Shown in pieces: positions 10,799-21,292 of a DNA stretch of 32,000 nucleotides. The stretch spans positions 360,001 through 392,000 of the forward strand of contig CP002278.1 of the NCBI GenBank assembly GCA_000166095.1. Direction: 5' to 3'. The notes beneath the pieces were generated by a model. That model was not told where the DNA came from and did not search any database. It saw only the letters and a program-made list of their open reading frames with translations. Made by a program: the position numbers and the translations under genes. The number at the start of each line of letters is the position of its first letter. Positions within the stretch are counted from its first letter, which is position 1. The stretch comes from Methanothermus fervidus DSM 2088. GTDB taxonomy: Archaea; Methanobacteriota; Methanobacteria; DSM-2088; Methanothermaceae.

Positions 10799-11486
10799 AG
10801 CTCCAAGAGCAATTTCAATATTATCAGGAGGGTTAGATTCAGTTGTTGCACTTTTTGATTTTATCAAAAAAAATCCTAATGGAGAGGTACATGCTATAAC
10901 ATTTGACTATGGTCAAAAAAGTGCTGAAATGGAAATAAATGCATCAAAGAAAATATGTAAATATTTAGGAATTAAACATAGTGTTTTAAATGTAAAATGG
11001 TTAGGAAAGCTTGGAACTTCAGCATTAACAACTGATAAGGAAATACCAAAATTAAAAATATCTGATTTAGAAGATAAAGAAAAATGTGAAAAAACTGCAA
11101 AAATGGTATGGGTCCCTGCACGAAACATAGTATTTACAGCTATTGCATCAGCATTTGCAGAAGCTGAAAATGCTGAGAAAATAATAGTTGGATGGGATAG
11201 AGAAGAAGCATCCACATTCCCTGATAACTCTAAAGAATTTTTATCAGCTTTTAACAATCTTTTAGCTATAGGTACTATGAGCAATATAAATATTGAAGCT
11301 CCGCTGATTGATATGGATAAACATGAAATTGTTAAACTTGGTAAAAAATATGGTGTTCCATTTGAATTTACATATTCTTGTTATCAAGGCTTTGAAAAAC
11401 ATTGTGGTGTATGTGAATCATGTGTAAGGAGAAAAAGAGCATTTAAGTTGGCAAAAGTTGAAGATCCAACAGAATACATGAAATAA
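10791..11486 (+). CDS. queC: 7-cyano-7-deazaguanine synthase
   Basis: ATG 10791 follows TAGGAGGT and overlaps the larC stop by 8 nt. It has the PP-loop SGGLDS, TFDYGQ, VPARN and the C-terminal zinc motif CYQG..HCGVCESCVRR. Confidence 0.9.
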   Translation: MVKAPRAISILSGGLDSVVALFDFIKKNPNGEVHAITFDYGQKSAEMEINASKKICKYLGIKHSVLNVKWLGKLGTSALTTDKEIPKLKISDLEDKEKCEKTAKMVWVPARNIVFTAIASAFAEAENAEKIIVGWDREEASTFPDNSKEFLSAFNNLLAIGTMSNINIEAPLIDMDKHEIVKLGKKYGVPFEFTYSCYQGFEKHCGVCESCVRRKRAFKLAKVEDPTEYMK

Positions 11487-11488
11487 AA

Positions 11489-13204
11489 TTATTTTATAGT
11501 CATTAAAGTGTCTCCTGGTTCAACATTGTCACCTTCTTCCACAAAAATTTTTTCTACAACTCCTGTACGTGGAGCTTGTATATCATTTTCCATTTTCATT
11601 GCCTCAATAACAGCAACTACATCTCCTTTTTTTACTTTATCCCCTTCTTTTACCTTTAATTTAGTTACCATACCTCGTACAGTAGAAACAACTCCTCCCT
11701 CAACCTTTTTAGGAGGCATTGGTTTTTCCAATTCTTCATGTGGTATATAACCTGTAGGAATAACTTTAACTTCATATTCATCTCCATCTATTTCTACATG
11801 GTAATGAGTAGGTATACTTAATTCTTTTTTCGGTGTTTTTTCTTCTTCTGGAGGTTCTAAAGGTTCTTCTTTTAATTCTCCTCTGAGAAATCTAGGAGCT
11901 ATTGAAGGATATAAAGCAAATGTCAATACATCTTCCTCTTTTTTAATTATACCCATCTTTTCTCCATCTTTTTTATATTTTTCATATTGGGGCTCCAATA
12001 AATCTGCTGGACGGCAATCTATTGGTTTTTCATTGCCTATAACTTTTTTCTTAACTTTAGGATTTACAGGTGCTGGAGGTCTTCCATAAAATCCTCTGAA
12101 ATATTCTTTTACTTCATTTGATACTAATTTATATCTTTCGCCACCAACTATATTCATAACTGCTTGTGTACCAACTATTTGGCTAGTTGGAGTAACTAAT
12201 GGAGGGTAACCCATGTCTTTCCTAACTTTAGGTACTTCCTTCAACACTTCTTCAAATTTATCAAGCATATTTTGTTCTTTAAGTTGTGCAACAAGATTTG
12301 AAAGCATTCCCCCTGGTATTTGATATTTTAAAACATCTGTATCTATTCTCTCAGCGATTGGATCTATAAATTTTTTGTATTTGTCTCTGATTTTTTCAAA
12401 ATACTTTTTTATTTCACTTAGGAGTTCCATATTCAATTTAGGGTCATATTTTGTATTTTTTAATGCTGCAGCGATACTTTCAGTTGGTGGTTGAGAAGCA
12501 CCCCAAGATAATGGGGAAATTGCAGTATCTAATATATCCACACCTGCTTCACATGCAACATAATAACTTATTGGAGCCATTCCACTTGTACAATGACAAT
12601 GCAAATTAACAAGTAAGTCTGTCTCTTCTTTTAAAGATTTAACTAATTTATATGTATCTTTTGGGGATATAAGTCCTGCCATGTCTTTTATAGCTATGGA
12701 GTCACATCCTAGGTCTTCTAACTTTTTTGCAAATTCAACATATTTATCTATAGTGTGATATGGGCTTATTGTGTAACATATTGTACCTTGTACATGCGCA
12801 CCTTGTTCTTTAGCAACTTTTATTGCATGTTCCATATTACGAATATCATTAAGAGCATCAAATATTCTAAAAATATCAACACCATTTTCATATGCTTTCT
12901 CTATAAATTTTTCCACAATATCATCAGGATAATGCTTATAACCAACAAGGTTTTGTCCACGCAACAACATTTGAATTTTTGTCTTTTTTAAATTTTCCCG
13001 AATTTTTTTAAGTCTTTCCCACGGATCTTCATTTAAATATCTTATACAGACATCGAAGGTTGCTCCACCCCATGCTTCAAGTGCATAATACCCTACTTTA
13101 TCCATTTTTTCAAGAATAGGTATCATGTCCCGCGTACGTAACCTGGTGGCCATAAGCGATTGGTGTGCGTCCCTAAGCGCAGTTTCAACAATTTTGATAC
13201 CCAT
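11489..13204 (-). CDS. pycB: Pyruvate carboxylase subunit B (carboxyltransferase plus biotinyl carrier)
   Basis: 571 aa. The N-terminus ETALRDAHQSLMATRLRT matches the family and the C-terminal biotinylation motif is EAMKME. Confidence 0.92.
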   Translation of the reverse strand: MGIKIVETALRDAHQSLMATRLRTRDMIPILEKMDKVGYYALEAWGGATFDVCIRYLNEDPWERLKKIRENLKKTKIQMLLRGQNLVGYKHYPDDIVEKFIEKAYENGVDIFRIFDALNDIRNMEHAIKVAKEQGAHVQGTICYTISPYHTIDKYVEFAKKLEDLGCDSIAIKDMAGLISPKDTYKLVKSLKEETDLLVNLHCHCTSGMAPISYYVACEAGVDILDTAISPLSWGASQPPTESIAAALKNTKYDPKLNMELLSEIKKYFEKIRDKYKKFIDPIAERIDTDVLKYQIPGGMLSNLVAQLKEQNMLDKFEEVLKEVPKVRKDMGYPPLVTPTSQIVGTQAVMNIVGGERYKLVSNEVKEYFRGFYGRPPAPVNPKVKKKVIGNEKPIDCRPADLLEPQYEKYKKDGEKMGIIKKEEDVLTFALYPSIAPRFLRGELKEEPLEPPEEEKTPKKELSIPTHYHVEIDGDEYEVKVIPTGYIPHEELEKPMPPKKVEGGVVSTVRGMVTKLKVKEGDKVKKGDVVAVIEAMKMENDIQAPRTGVVEKIFVEEGDNVEPGDTLMTIK

Positions 13205-13229
13205 GAGGATCCCTATCCTAACTTTTATT

Positions 13230-13778
13230 TCATGTATCTTTTCTTACTTCTTTAATAAATCTTGATAAGATTTTCTTTGGTGAAAGAGGTATAGTAGGCA
13301 CTTTACTATTTCCAGGTTTCACTTTGATATGGACAAAAATTGGTCCATTACATTTTAGTACTTTTTTGAAATTTATCTCATCTTCAAAAAAGAATGTCTT
13401 TAATCCAACACTTTTTGCTATTTCACTAAGATTTACACACTTAGCATAAGTAGGTTGTGAACCAGTTGTTGAATAAGATTCATTGTCAAGGACTACAAGT
13501 ATAAAATTACGTGGTTTTTGGCATGCAATAGTAACTAAACTATTTAAATTCATTAATATTGAACCATCGCCATCCAATACAACGACCTTCTTATTAGGTT
13601 TTGCTAATGCTATTCCCAACCCTATTGAAGATGCCATCCCCATTGATCCAAGCATGTAAAAATTTTTACTTGAATCTTTAACATGATAAAGTTCCCTAGC
13701 AGGAAATCCTAAAGTACATACAACAATCTCATCTTTAATATCTTCCATTATTTTTTTAATAGCCTCTATTCTTTCCAA
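13230..13778 (-). CDS. comE: Sulfopyruvate decarboxylase subunit beta
   Basis: The TTG start follows AGAGGTG. The ThDP-binding motif is [10 protein letters not shown]...DN. It overlaps the comD stop by 13 nt. Confidence 0.9.
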   Translation of the reverse strand: MERIEAIKKIMEDIKDEIVVCTLGFPARELYHVKDSSKNFYMLGSMGMASSIGLGIALAKPNKKVVVLDGDGSILMNLNSLVTIACQKPRNFILVVLDNESYSTTGSQPTYAKCVNLSEIAKSVGLKTFFFEDEINFKKVLKCNGPIFVHIKVKPGNSKVPTIPLSPKKILSRFIKEVRKDT

Positions 13779-14275
13779 AATGACACCTCTAAAAGTATAG
13801 CTGTAGGTGTCTTATTTTCATATGCGATGTTCCAAGCCTCTACAATTTTATCTCTAGCTTCTGCAGCTGTTTCTGGTCTAAAAGTTGGAATTTTAAGAGA
13901 ATGTAAAATTTTTGGTGTAGCATTTCCCATAGGCATTTGTGCTTCTATTTTTTCACCTTTTGTACCTCTATGACTTATAACCATCAATATAGGTATACCA
14001 TAAAATAAATAAAGAGATGCAAGTACATTTACAGAGTTTCCCAGCCCAGAATTTTGCATCAGTATTGCAGTATTTTTTCCAGCAATGTAAGCTCCAGCAG
14101 CAATGCCAAATCCTTCTTCTTCTCTGTTTACCGGTATATGTGTTATATCTTTATCATTTTCTACTAATTCCAATACTTTAGATAAATATACACAAGGCAC
14201 ACTTACAACAAAGTCTATACCAGCATTTTTGATACCTTCATAGACAGCTCTACTAGGATTCAAAATTTTCACCAT
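13766..14275 (-). CDS. comD: Sulfopyruvate decarboxylase subunit alpha
   Basis: 169 aa ThDP-enzyme pyrimidine-binding half ([21 protein letters not shown]). The junction with comC is an ATGGTGA overlap. Confidence 0.9.
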   Translation of the reverse strand: MVKILNPSRAVYEGIKNAGIDFVVSVPCVYLSKVLELVENDKDITHIPVNREEEGFGIAAGAYIAGKNTAILMQNSGLGNSVNVLASLYLFYGIPILMVISHRGTKGEKIEAQMPMGNATPKILHSLKIPTFRPETAAEARDKIVEAWNIAYENKTPTAILLEVSFWKE

Positions 14276-15288
14276 GTTAGTTCAATGTTGAGTTCGTCTG
14301 CTATTTCTTTCAACTTTTCAACAAGCTTTTTATCTAGCTCTATGCCTTCCTTCTCCCGTTTTTTGATATTCATTCGTTCTCGATCTCCAGGTATTAAAAC
14401 ATCTTTTCCTGTAGATTTTATTTCTTTAACAAATTCATCTACATTTCTTTTAAATTCTTCTATATCATAAAATTTTGAGGGATCTATAGCTATGAGTAAA
14501 TCTCCTTTTGTACACATTTGTGAAGGATCTACAGTACCTTTAACCTTAGATCCAAATTCTGCTTTAACAAGAGGACCTGCAAGAATTTCTATCATAAAAC
14601 ATAAAGCATATCCTTTGTGTCCTCCAAATGGTAAAATTGATCCATTTAACGCCTCATTTGGATCGGTAGTTGGATTTCCATTTTTGTCTACTGCAATACC
14701 CTCAGGTATTTTTTCATTTTTTCTTGCAGCTTCTAAAAGTTTACCTCTTGCAACCGCAGCAGTTGACATATCAACAGCAACATAATACTCATTTGATGGA
14801 ATACTTATTGCTATAGGATTTGTACCTAATACTGGTATTTTACCTCCCAATGGAGCTACAGCTGGCTCTGTGTTAGTCATAGTAATTCCAATCATGTCAT
14901 TTTTCATTGCCATGTCTGAGTAATATCCTGCAATTCCAAAATGATTTGAATCATGTATGCCTACAATGCCGACACCAGTATTTTTAGCTTTCTCAATTGC
15001 TAATTTCATGCCTTTATATGCTACTACCTGTCCTAAGAGATGATTACCATTTATCAGTGCAACAGAGTCTGTTTCTTTTTCTATTTCAATGTTTCCTGAT
15101 GTTTTTATAGTACCTAGCTTAATACCTTCAACATACTGTGGAAATCTTCCAATACCATGAGATGTAAATCCTTTCAGATCTGCATCAACAATTACATCTG
15201 CAGTTATTTTAGCATGTTCCTCAGATACTCCCAATGCATTTAGTATTTTTATTATGAGTGATCTTTCTTCTTCTGGACTTATTATCAA
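14269..15288 (-). CDS. comC: L-sulfolactate dehydrogenase / Ldh_2-family (malate) dehydrogenase
   Basis: 339 aa with a TTG start after AGAGGTG. Ldh_2 family motifs are [19 protein letters not shown] and GGHKGYAL. It lies directly upstream of comDE. Confidence 0.9.
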   Translation of the reverse strand: MIISPEEERSLIIKILNALGVSEEHAKITADVIVDADLKGFTSHGIGRFPQYVEGIKLGTIKTSGNIEIEKETDSVALINGNHLLGQVVAYKGMKLAIEKAKNTGVGIVGIHDSNHFGIAGYYSDMAMKNDMIGITMTNTEPAVAPLGGKIPVLGTNPIAISIPSNEYYVAVDMSTAAVARGKLLEAARKNEKIPEGIAVDKNGNPTTDPNEALNGSILPFGGHKGYALCFMIEILAGPLVKAEFGSKVKGTVDPSQMCTKGDLLIAIDPSKFYDIEEFKRNVDEFVKEIKSTGKDVLIPGDRERMNIKKREKEGIELDKKLVEKLKEIADELNIELTW

Positions 15289-15323
15289 TTTAACACCTCT
15301 TCTATACTATTGATAGCTCCAAA

Positions 15324-16343
15324 TTAAATTGATATTATTTTGTCTTTAAATGTTTTTATTCTTAATATTTTATCTTCAGTGACTTTACCAATAATACTGG
15401 TATCTATATAATTGTTTAAAATGTTGAGAGCCTTAGAAGCATCCTTTTTCTTTACAATCACAATAAAACCTACTCCCATATTAAATACCTTATACATTTC
15501 ATCCAATGGTACTCCTAATTTATAAATAGATTTAAAAATTGGTTGTGGTTCTGGTAAGTTGTCTAAATAATATCCAACATCTTCATTAAGCCTCTCTAGA
15601 TTTTTAAAACCGCCGCCAGTTATATGCACAAGCCCATGGATCTCAACATCACTTTTTAATAATTTGAGTATTGGTTTTACGTAAATTCTTGTGGGTTTTA
15701 ATAATTCATTTCCTATTTTGACATCAGGAAAACCAGGCAATGGATCATCAACATTTAAAGATTCTTCCTCAAAAAATACTTTTCTTGCCAAACTTAAACC
15801 ATTACTATGGATACCATTACTTTTCATTCCAATTACAACATCGCCTACTTCTATTCTACTTCCATCAATAATCTCATTTTCGATTATTCCGATACCTGTT
15901 CCAGCAAGGTCAAACCCATTTATTATATCTGGTAAAGAAGCTGTTTCTCCACCAATTATGCCAATGTTTGACATTTTTGCTCCTTTTGCTAAACCTTTAC
16001 CAATCTCTTCTGCAATTTTTGGGTCTGGTTTTTCAAATGCTAAATAATCGACCATGGCTACAGGTTTGGCTCCTACACATAGAAGGTCATTTACAACCAT
16101 TGCAACACAATCTATGCCAATTGTATCATATTTTTTCATCATGTTTGCAACAATGATTTTGCTACCAACACCATCCGTAGTCATTGCTATTTTTTTCTTA
16201 TCAACTTCTATTACAGAAGCAAAATGACCATGTTTTCCTATAAATTTGACAAAATTAAATGTATCTTTAAGGTTTTTTGTCAATGCTAAAATTGTTTTTT
16301 CCTCTAGATTTATATCTACACCAGATTCTGAATATGTTACCAC
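15324..16343 (-). CDS. purM: Phosphoribosylformylglycinamidine cyclo-ligase (AIR synthetase)
   Basis: The GTG start follows GAGGTGG. Motifs are SGVDI, TDGVGSKI and HITGGG. Confidence 0.93.
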   Translation of the reverse strand: MVTYSESGVDINLEEKTILALTKNLKDTFNFVKFIGKHGHFASVIEVDKKKIAMTTDGVGSKIIVANMMKKYDTIGIDCVAMVVNDLLCVGAKPVAMVDYLAFEKPDPKIAEEIGKGLAKGAKMSNIGIIGGETASLPDIINGFDLAGTGIGIIENEIIDGSRIEVGDVVIGMKSNGIHSNGLSLARKVFFEEESLNVDDPLPGFPDVKIGNELLKPTRIYVKPILKLLKSDVEIHGLVHITGGGFKNLERLNEDVGYYLDNLPEPQPIFKSIYKLGVPLDEMYKVFNMGVGFIVIVKKKDASKALNILNNYIDTSIIGKVTEDKILRIKTFKDKIISI

Positions 16344-16384
16344 ATTACCACCTCAAGCAAAAACATAATTAAAACCAATTCGAT

Positions 16385-18292
16385 TCAATATATACGTACA
16401 GCTTCTAAATTTAAAGGAGCCCTGGTTTCTATTCTGTATTTTTTGTAAATACTTGAGGCAAGATCTAATGATTTATAGGCATTGCCATGACACACTAGAA
16501 TTTTCTCAGGCTTAGGTGAAAGATTATGTACATATTTCATCAATTGTTTTCTGTCAGAGTGACCACTGAATCCTTCAATTGTTTCTATTTGCATTTTGAC
16601 TTTGTAAACCTTCATTTTACCATTTTCTTCAAAGGTGATATCTCTCCGATTTTTTTGTAGTCTTCTTCCTAACGAACCTTCAGCTTGATAACCAACAAAG
16701 ACTAATGTATTCTTTTCATCTTCACATAACCATTTGAAATATTCTACAGAATTTCCTCCAGCTAACATTCCTGATGTTGACAATATAACACAAGGTTCTC
16801 CTTCTACGACATCCTTTCGTTCATCTGAACTACTTACCTTATTAAAAATCTCAGAAGTAAATGGATTGTATCCGTAATGAAATATTTGGTCGGAAAGAGT
16901 TTTACTGAGATATTCTGGCCTCGTTGTATGTATTGCAGTTGCTTCCCAAACCATGCCGTCAACAAATATAGGTATCTCCTCTAATATTCCACTTTTAATA
17001 TATTCATCAAGAACAACCATTAATTCTTGGGCTCTTCCTACAGCAAAAACAGGGATTAATACTTTACCTCCTCTTTTTATAGTATCATAAATAACTTTTA
17101 TCAATCTTTTTTCTGCCATTTCTCTGCTTGGTTGAATATCTTCCTTTCCACCATATGTACTCTCCATTACAAGTGTTTCTAGTCTAGGAAAATCTGTTAC
17201 TGCCGGTTCTAGTAATCTAGTTTTTTCATATTTAAAATCCCCAGTATATACAAGATTATGTTGTCCATCGCCGATATGTAAATGTAGAATTGCTGAACCT
17301 AATATATGTCCAGCATTATGCAATGTAAGTCTGATATCAGGAGTTATATCAGTAACTTCCCCATATTCAAGTGTTATAGTATGTTTCAAACATTTATTAA
17401 CATCTTTGGCATTGAATGGTAATTCACGACCTTCTCTCTCAGCTATATCTATATGATCTAATTGTAGAAGAGCCATCAAATCTCGTGTTGGTGCACTACA
17501 GTATACTGGACCTCTATAACCATAATGATATAGATAAGGTACAAAACCTGAATGATCTAAATGTGCATGGGAAATTACAACGGCTTCTATTTCATCAAGA
17601 ATGAACTCAGGGATATTTAAATAAGGATACGCATTTTTCTCATCATTTGCAGCTACATTGACGCCACAATCCAATAAAATTTTACTATTTGGGGTTTGTA
17701 AATATAGACAAGACCTTCCAACTTCTCTAAAACCTCCTAGAGCTGTTATTCGTGCCCAATCATTTTCATACTTGGGCTGTCTATGTATTCTACATCCTAA
17801 ATTACGTAATATTTGTCTTCTTTTTTTACTTTCCCTTCTAAGTAATTTTCTAATTTTTTCAACAATTTTTGAAGGTATTGGAGGTGTTCTTAATATTTTT
17901 GGGACCCAACCAGTATGTTTTATTATACTTTTTGATGTTGAACCATGTTTGCCAATTACTAAACCAGGTTTCCTTGCTTCTACTATAACTTCACCAGTTA
18001 CATCGTCAAAATATATGTTTGTAATTTTAGCTTCCTCTGGTACTATTTCTTTTATTTTTTCAATTGTCTTTTCAGGATCAAGAAGCGCTGATGCATCTGA
18101 ACGTACAATTATTCTCTTTTTTAATTCTTTAGCCAATGTACGAATTAATCCACCATCTTCAGCTACTATCTCTGGATTTTTTGTGTAAACAACCAATTCA
18201 GGGCCTTCAAATTCAACTTTTGTAATTTCAACATTTTCAGGTATTTTACTTGCTATAACTTTTCTAATTTCTTTAAGAATCTCTGATGTCAT
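16385..18292 (-). CDS. aCPSF1/FttA: KH-domain beta-CASP metallo-beta-lactamase ribonuclease, archaeal transcription termination factor
   Basis: I start at ATG 18292 ([24 protein letters not shown]), which matches homologue N-termini. The metallo-beta-lactamase motif is HAHLDHSG and beta-CASP motifs follow. The TTG at 18337 would add a poly-U-encoded hydrophobic extension. Confidence 0.92.
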   Translation of the reverse strand: MTSEILKEIRKVIASKIPENVEITKVEFEGPELVVYTKNPEIVAEDGGLIRTLAKELKKRIIVRSDASALLDPEKTIEKIKEIVPEEAKITNIYFDDVTGEVIVEARKPGLVIGKHGSTSKSIIKHTGWVPKILRTPPIPSKIVEKIRKLLRRESKKRRQILRNLGCRIHRQPKYENDWARITALGGFREVGRSCLYLQTPNSKILLDCGVNVAANDEKNAYPYLNIPEFILDEIEAVVISHAHLDHSGFVPYLYHYGYRGPVYCSAPTRDLMALLQLDHIDIAEREGRELPFNAKDVNKCLKHTITLEYGEVTDITPDIRLTLHNAGHILGSAILHLHIGDGQHNLVYTGDFKYEKTRLLEPAVTDFPRLETLVMESTYGGKEDIQPSREMAEKRLIKVIYDTIKRGGKVLIPVFAVGRAQELMVVLDEYIKSGILEEIPIFVDGMVWEATAIHTTRPEYLSKTLSDQIFHYGYNPFTSEIFNKVSSSDERKDVVEGEPCVILSTSGMLAGGNSVEYFKWLCEDEKNTLVFVGYQAEGSLGRRLQKNRRDITFEENGKMKVYKVKMQIETIEGFSGHSDRKQLMKYVHNLSPKPEKILVCHGNAYKSLDLASSIYKKYRIETRAPLNLEAVRIY

Positions 18293-18310
18293 AGAATCAC
18301 TGGAAAATAA

Positions 18311-18330
18311 ATTTTTAAAAAAAAGAAGAA
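18311..18330 (-). terminator. Oligo-T tract (T8) in the psmB-aCPSF1 spacer
   Basis: The minus strand reads TTCTTCTTTTTTTTAAAAAT directly after the psmB stop. Archaeal RNA polymerase terminates at oligo-U tracts. Confidence 0.4.
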
Positions 18331-18966
18331 TTAGCAATCAATCTCCTTTATCTTAGATTTTATATATTTTTCATCAAACCTTTTGAATCCTTCCTTTTCA
18401 GTTACAACTGCTAATGAGATACCATCCCCAGAAAATGTATCTCTCTTTGTTGAAGATTTAATAGCACGTAAGGCAATGTTAATAGCATCTTCAACACTCA
18501 TGTCTTTTTTATACCTATCTTCTAAAACCCCATAAGCTATTGGAGATCCAGAACCTGTTGAAACATATTTATCTTCAATTTTACCACCAGCAGGGTCAAC
18601 AGAATAAATTTTAGGTCCGGTTTCATCTATTCCACCAATCAACATTTGAACAATAAATGGAAACATTCTACTTGCATGGAGAATATTAGATGCAATGCTT
18701 GCAGCTGCCCTAACAGTTGCAGGTTTTCCAGTCCTTAATTTATATAATCTTACTTCAGCTTTTAAATATTCTACTAATTTCTGGGCGTCGCCAACTGAAC
18801 CAGCAACAGTAGTAGCAAGGTGCTCATCAATTTTAAAAATTTTATCTACAGCCTTATGGGCTATTAGGTTCCCCAAAGTTGCTCTTTTTTCACTGGCAAA
18901 AACAATGCCATCTTTGCATACTATTCCTACTGTTGTGGTGCCTTTAAAATTATTTCTATTACTCAT
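18331..18966 (-). CDS. psmB: Proteasome subunit beta
   Basis: I start at ATG 18966, 5 nt after GAGGTG; a GTG at 18972 is the alternative. A short propeptide precedes the G|TTTVG active-site Thr. Confidence 0.95.
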   Translation of the reverse strand: MSNRNNFKGTTTVGIVCKDGIVFASEKRATLGNLIAHKAVDKIFKIDEHLATTVAGSVGDAQKLVEYLKAEVRLYKLRTGKPATVRAAASIASNILHASRMFPFIVQMLIGGIDETGPKIYSVDPAGGKIEDKYVSTGSGSPIAYGVLEDRYKKDMSVEDAINIALRAIKSSTKRDTFSGDGISLAVVTEKEGFKRFDEKYIKSKIKEIDC

Positions 18967-19298
18967 ATACACACCTCTTGATTCTATAAAAATAGAATAC
19001 GCTGCATTAATTTTTTGGAAAATTCTTAACTTCTGACGCTCTCAGAATACCAATTTCCAAAATTTTAATCAGAAATGTTGTAGGTTTTTACAATAATATA
19101 TATTTTATGTTTTCTTAGAGAATTGATGTTGACAACCTCCACAGAAAAAACTTTTCTGTTTCCAGCAATGAAACTACCTAACCATGTTTACAAAAATCTT
19201 ATTCCAAATTAAAATTCTGTTCACAATAATAATTCTTTTAACAATTATAAAAAGTTTTCGGCTTTTTCCTTCGGAAATGAAATTCCTAATGAAATATT

Positions 19299-19327
19299 AA
19301 AAAAATTTGTAAAAAAAGCCTAAAAAA
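19299..19327 (-). terminator. Three consecutive oligo-T tracts (T6, T7, T7) downstream of purP
   Basis: The minus strand reads CTTTTTTAGGCTTTTTTTACAAATTTTTTT within 35 nt of the purP TAA. Confidence 0.55.
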
Positions 19328-19333
19328 GATATT

Positions 19334-20419
19334 TTATGTGATCAATTCTGTTAGCATGTCTTTTTTCAATGCATTTTTAATTTCTCTAGCAATTCTTCGC
19401 CCCATGCTCATTCCTTCGCCATAAAGTAAGTAACTATATGGAGATCCATTCATAAATGTGTTTGTACCACCATCTGATCTTGCACTCATCTCAAAGGTTA
19501 CTATTTCTAACTCATCAGTGCAAATCGTTTGAAGACAAAATGGTCCATTCATGCCAGGAGGCACAAGTTTTTTAGCAGCTTCTACAACTTTATCACCAAT
19601 TTCAAATGCCTGAACTAATAAAGATTCCCTCATTACTACTGGATGGTTCCCTGTGATAACATAAGAAGGATTTATATCCATATCTAATTGATCTTTAGCA
19701 GGTATTCTCACAAGTCCATCAATATTTGATTCAAATCTTGAATCCATTCCTAATATTTCAACTTCATCTTTAAGTACGGAATAAAAATACTGAATACAAA
19801 AATTAGTACCTGTAACATATTCTTCAATGTGAGCTTTGGAAATATCGTCCTCACTAATCCAGTTTTTCTTTTTCATTATTTCTATTTTTTCATAAAATTC
19901 ATCAGGTGAGGAAGCAATGAAATATCCTCTTCCTCCCCTAGCCCCTGGAAATTTAACTATCACAGGCCTATCTATTTTTTCTGGGTCATCGTATTTATAT
20001 GGAATTCTTATTTTTGCTTCTTTCATCAATTTTCTTTCTAACTTTCTTTCTGATTCCCATCTTAATATCTTCCTATTTCCAAACATTGGTAAGTAAAAAT
20101 CATTTTCAATGTTATCAAGGCCAGCATATGCAACAAAAGATCCATGTGGAATCACTATACTATTCATATCTCTCAATTTTTCCTGCACATTTTCATCATT
20201 TATTTCTTTAAATTCATTAACAATTATGAATTCATCTGCAACCCTAAATCTCTCATAAGGTACTTCACGACCTTTTTCACATACTACGGCAGTTCTAAAT
20301 CCTTCTTTTTTTGCACCATGTAATATATGTAAAGCTGTGTGACTACCTAATGTAGCAATAGTTATTTTATCTTTCTCATATTCGTTTAATATTTCCACTA
20401 TTTCCTCTTTTTTTATCAT
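19334..20419 (-). CDS. purP: 5-formaminoimidazole-4-carboxamide ribonucleotide (FAICAR) synthetase, ATP-grasp
   Basis: 361 aa. [21 protein letters not shown] and the overall ATP-grasp layout are typical of archaeal PurP. Confidence 0.9.
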   Translation of the reverse strand: MIKKEEIVEILNEYEKDKITIATLGSHTALHILHGAKKEGFRTAVVCEKGREVPYERFRVADEFIIVNEFKEINDENVQEKLRDMNSIVIPHGSFVAYAGLDNIENDFYLPMFGNRKILRWESERKLERKLMKEAKIRIPYKYDDPEKIDRPVIVKFPGARGGRGYFIASSPDEFYEKIEIMKKKNWISEDDISKAHIEEYVTGTNFCIQYFYSVLKDEVEILGMDSRFESNIDGLVRIPAKDQLDMDINPSYVITGNHPVVMRESLLVQAFEIGDKVVEAAKKLVPPGMNGPFCLQTICTDELEIVTFEMSARSDGGTNTFMNGSPYSYLLYGEGMSMGRRIAREIKNALKKDMLTELIT

Positions 20420-20569
20420 TCCTACCCAACCTAGTTTTTTAGGGTAGTTTTTTTATTTTTGATATAAAGATTATCTTTCTTGTTTATGAGAAGCAAAATT
20501 TAAATAATATATGTTACCATACTACTCATTTTGAATCCTAATTCACAATAAAATTGTTTTTACTCAACT

Positions 20570-21292
20570 ATGAAATGGAAAAGAATTGGAGATATTTTAA
20601 TATTAAACAAAAAGATTAATGACATAGAATATTTTAAGAAAAAAGGCATTAAGACAATTGTAAAAATAGAAAAAATAAAAGGAAAAGTTAGAAAACCAGA
20701 AATAAAAATTTTATATGGCTCTGAGACCGAAACTATACATAAAGAAAACAACTGTTTATTCAAACTAGATATTTCAAAAGTAATGTGGTCAAAAGGAAAT
20801 ACATATGAGAGAATGAGAATTGCAAAACTTGTTAATAAAGATGAGACAGTTGTAGACATGTTTGCAGGTATAGGTTACTTCTCAATACCTATAGCTGTTC
20901 ATTCACAACCAAAGAAAGTATTTGCTATTGAAATAAATCCAACTGCATTTAAATATCTAAAAGAAAATATAAAACTTAATAAAGTTGAGAAGAAAGTATT
21001 TCCAATTCTTGGGGATTGCGGCAAAATAGCTCCAGAACTTGATGCAGACAGAGTAATAATGGGATATTTACCAGACCCATCCAAATATTTAGATTCTGCA
21101 ATGCAATGCATATCTGATCGAGGAATTATACATTATCATGAAGCTGTACCAGATAAATTAGGTTTTAAACGCCCAATAAATAGAATAAAATCTGCAGCAA
21201 AAGATAAAGATGTTAAAATTTTACATAAGAGAGTTGTCAAGAAATATGCTCCAGGAGTTTCACATGTTGTTATTGATGCTTTAATTCATTGA
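20570..21292 (+). CDS. taw2: Trm5/Taw2-family SAM-dependent enzyme, best fit tRNA 4-demethylwyosine aminocarboxypropyltransferase (Taw2)
   Basis: 240 aa, the short Taw2-like length. Motifs are ETIHKENNCLFKLD, VVDMFAGIGYFSIP, RVIMGYL and KKYAPGVSHVVID. Confidence 0.78.
   Translation: MKWKRIGDILILNKKINDIEYFKKKGIKTIVKIEKIKGKVRKPEIKILYGSETETIHKENNCLFKLDISKVMWSKGNTYERMRIAKLVNKDETVVDMFAGIGYFSIPIAVHSQPKKVFAIEINPTAFKYLKENIKLNKVEKKVFPILGDCGKIAPELDADRVIMGYLPDPSKYLDSAMQCISDRGIIHYHEAVPDKLGFKRPINRIKSAAKDKDVKILHKRVVKKYAPGVSHVVIDALIH

Noticed and set aside
10791-11486. LarE (the sulfur-transfer PP-loop ATPase partner of LarC).
   Set aside because: TFDYGQ and the C-terminal CYQG..CGVCESC zinc site are QueC hallmarks. 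The length (231 aa) also fits QueC.
18293-18337. A longer aCPSF1 start at TTG 18337.
   Set aside because: It adds [15 protein letters not shown], encoded by an oligo-T tract. Homologue N-termini match MTSEIL..., and the longer start would overlap psmB. It is kept only as an alternative because an SD-like AAGGAGAT precedes it.
19031-19160. A possible C/D box sRNA (TGATGT and CTGA elements).
   Set aside because: The boxes are imperfect and in the wrong order and spacing on either strand. No terminal stem was found.
19126-19212. A 28-codon ORF (MLTTSTEKTFLFPAMKLPNHVYKNLIPN) in the long intergenic gap.
   Set aside because: It has no convincing SD, no recognisable features, and is of a size expected by chance.
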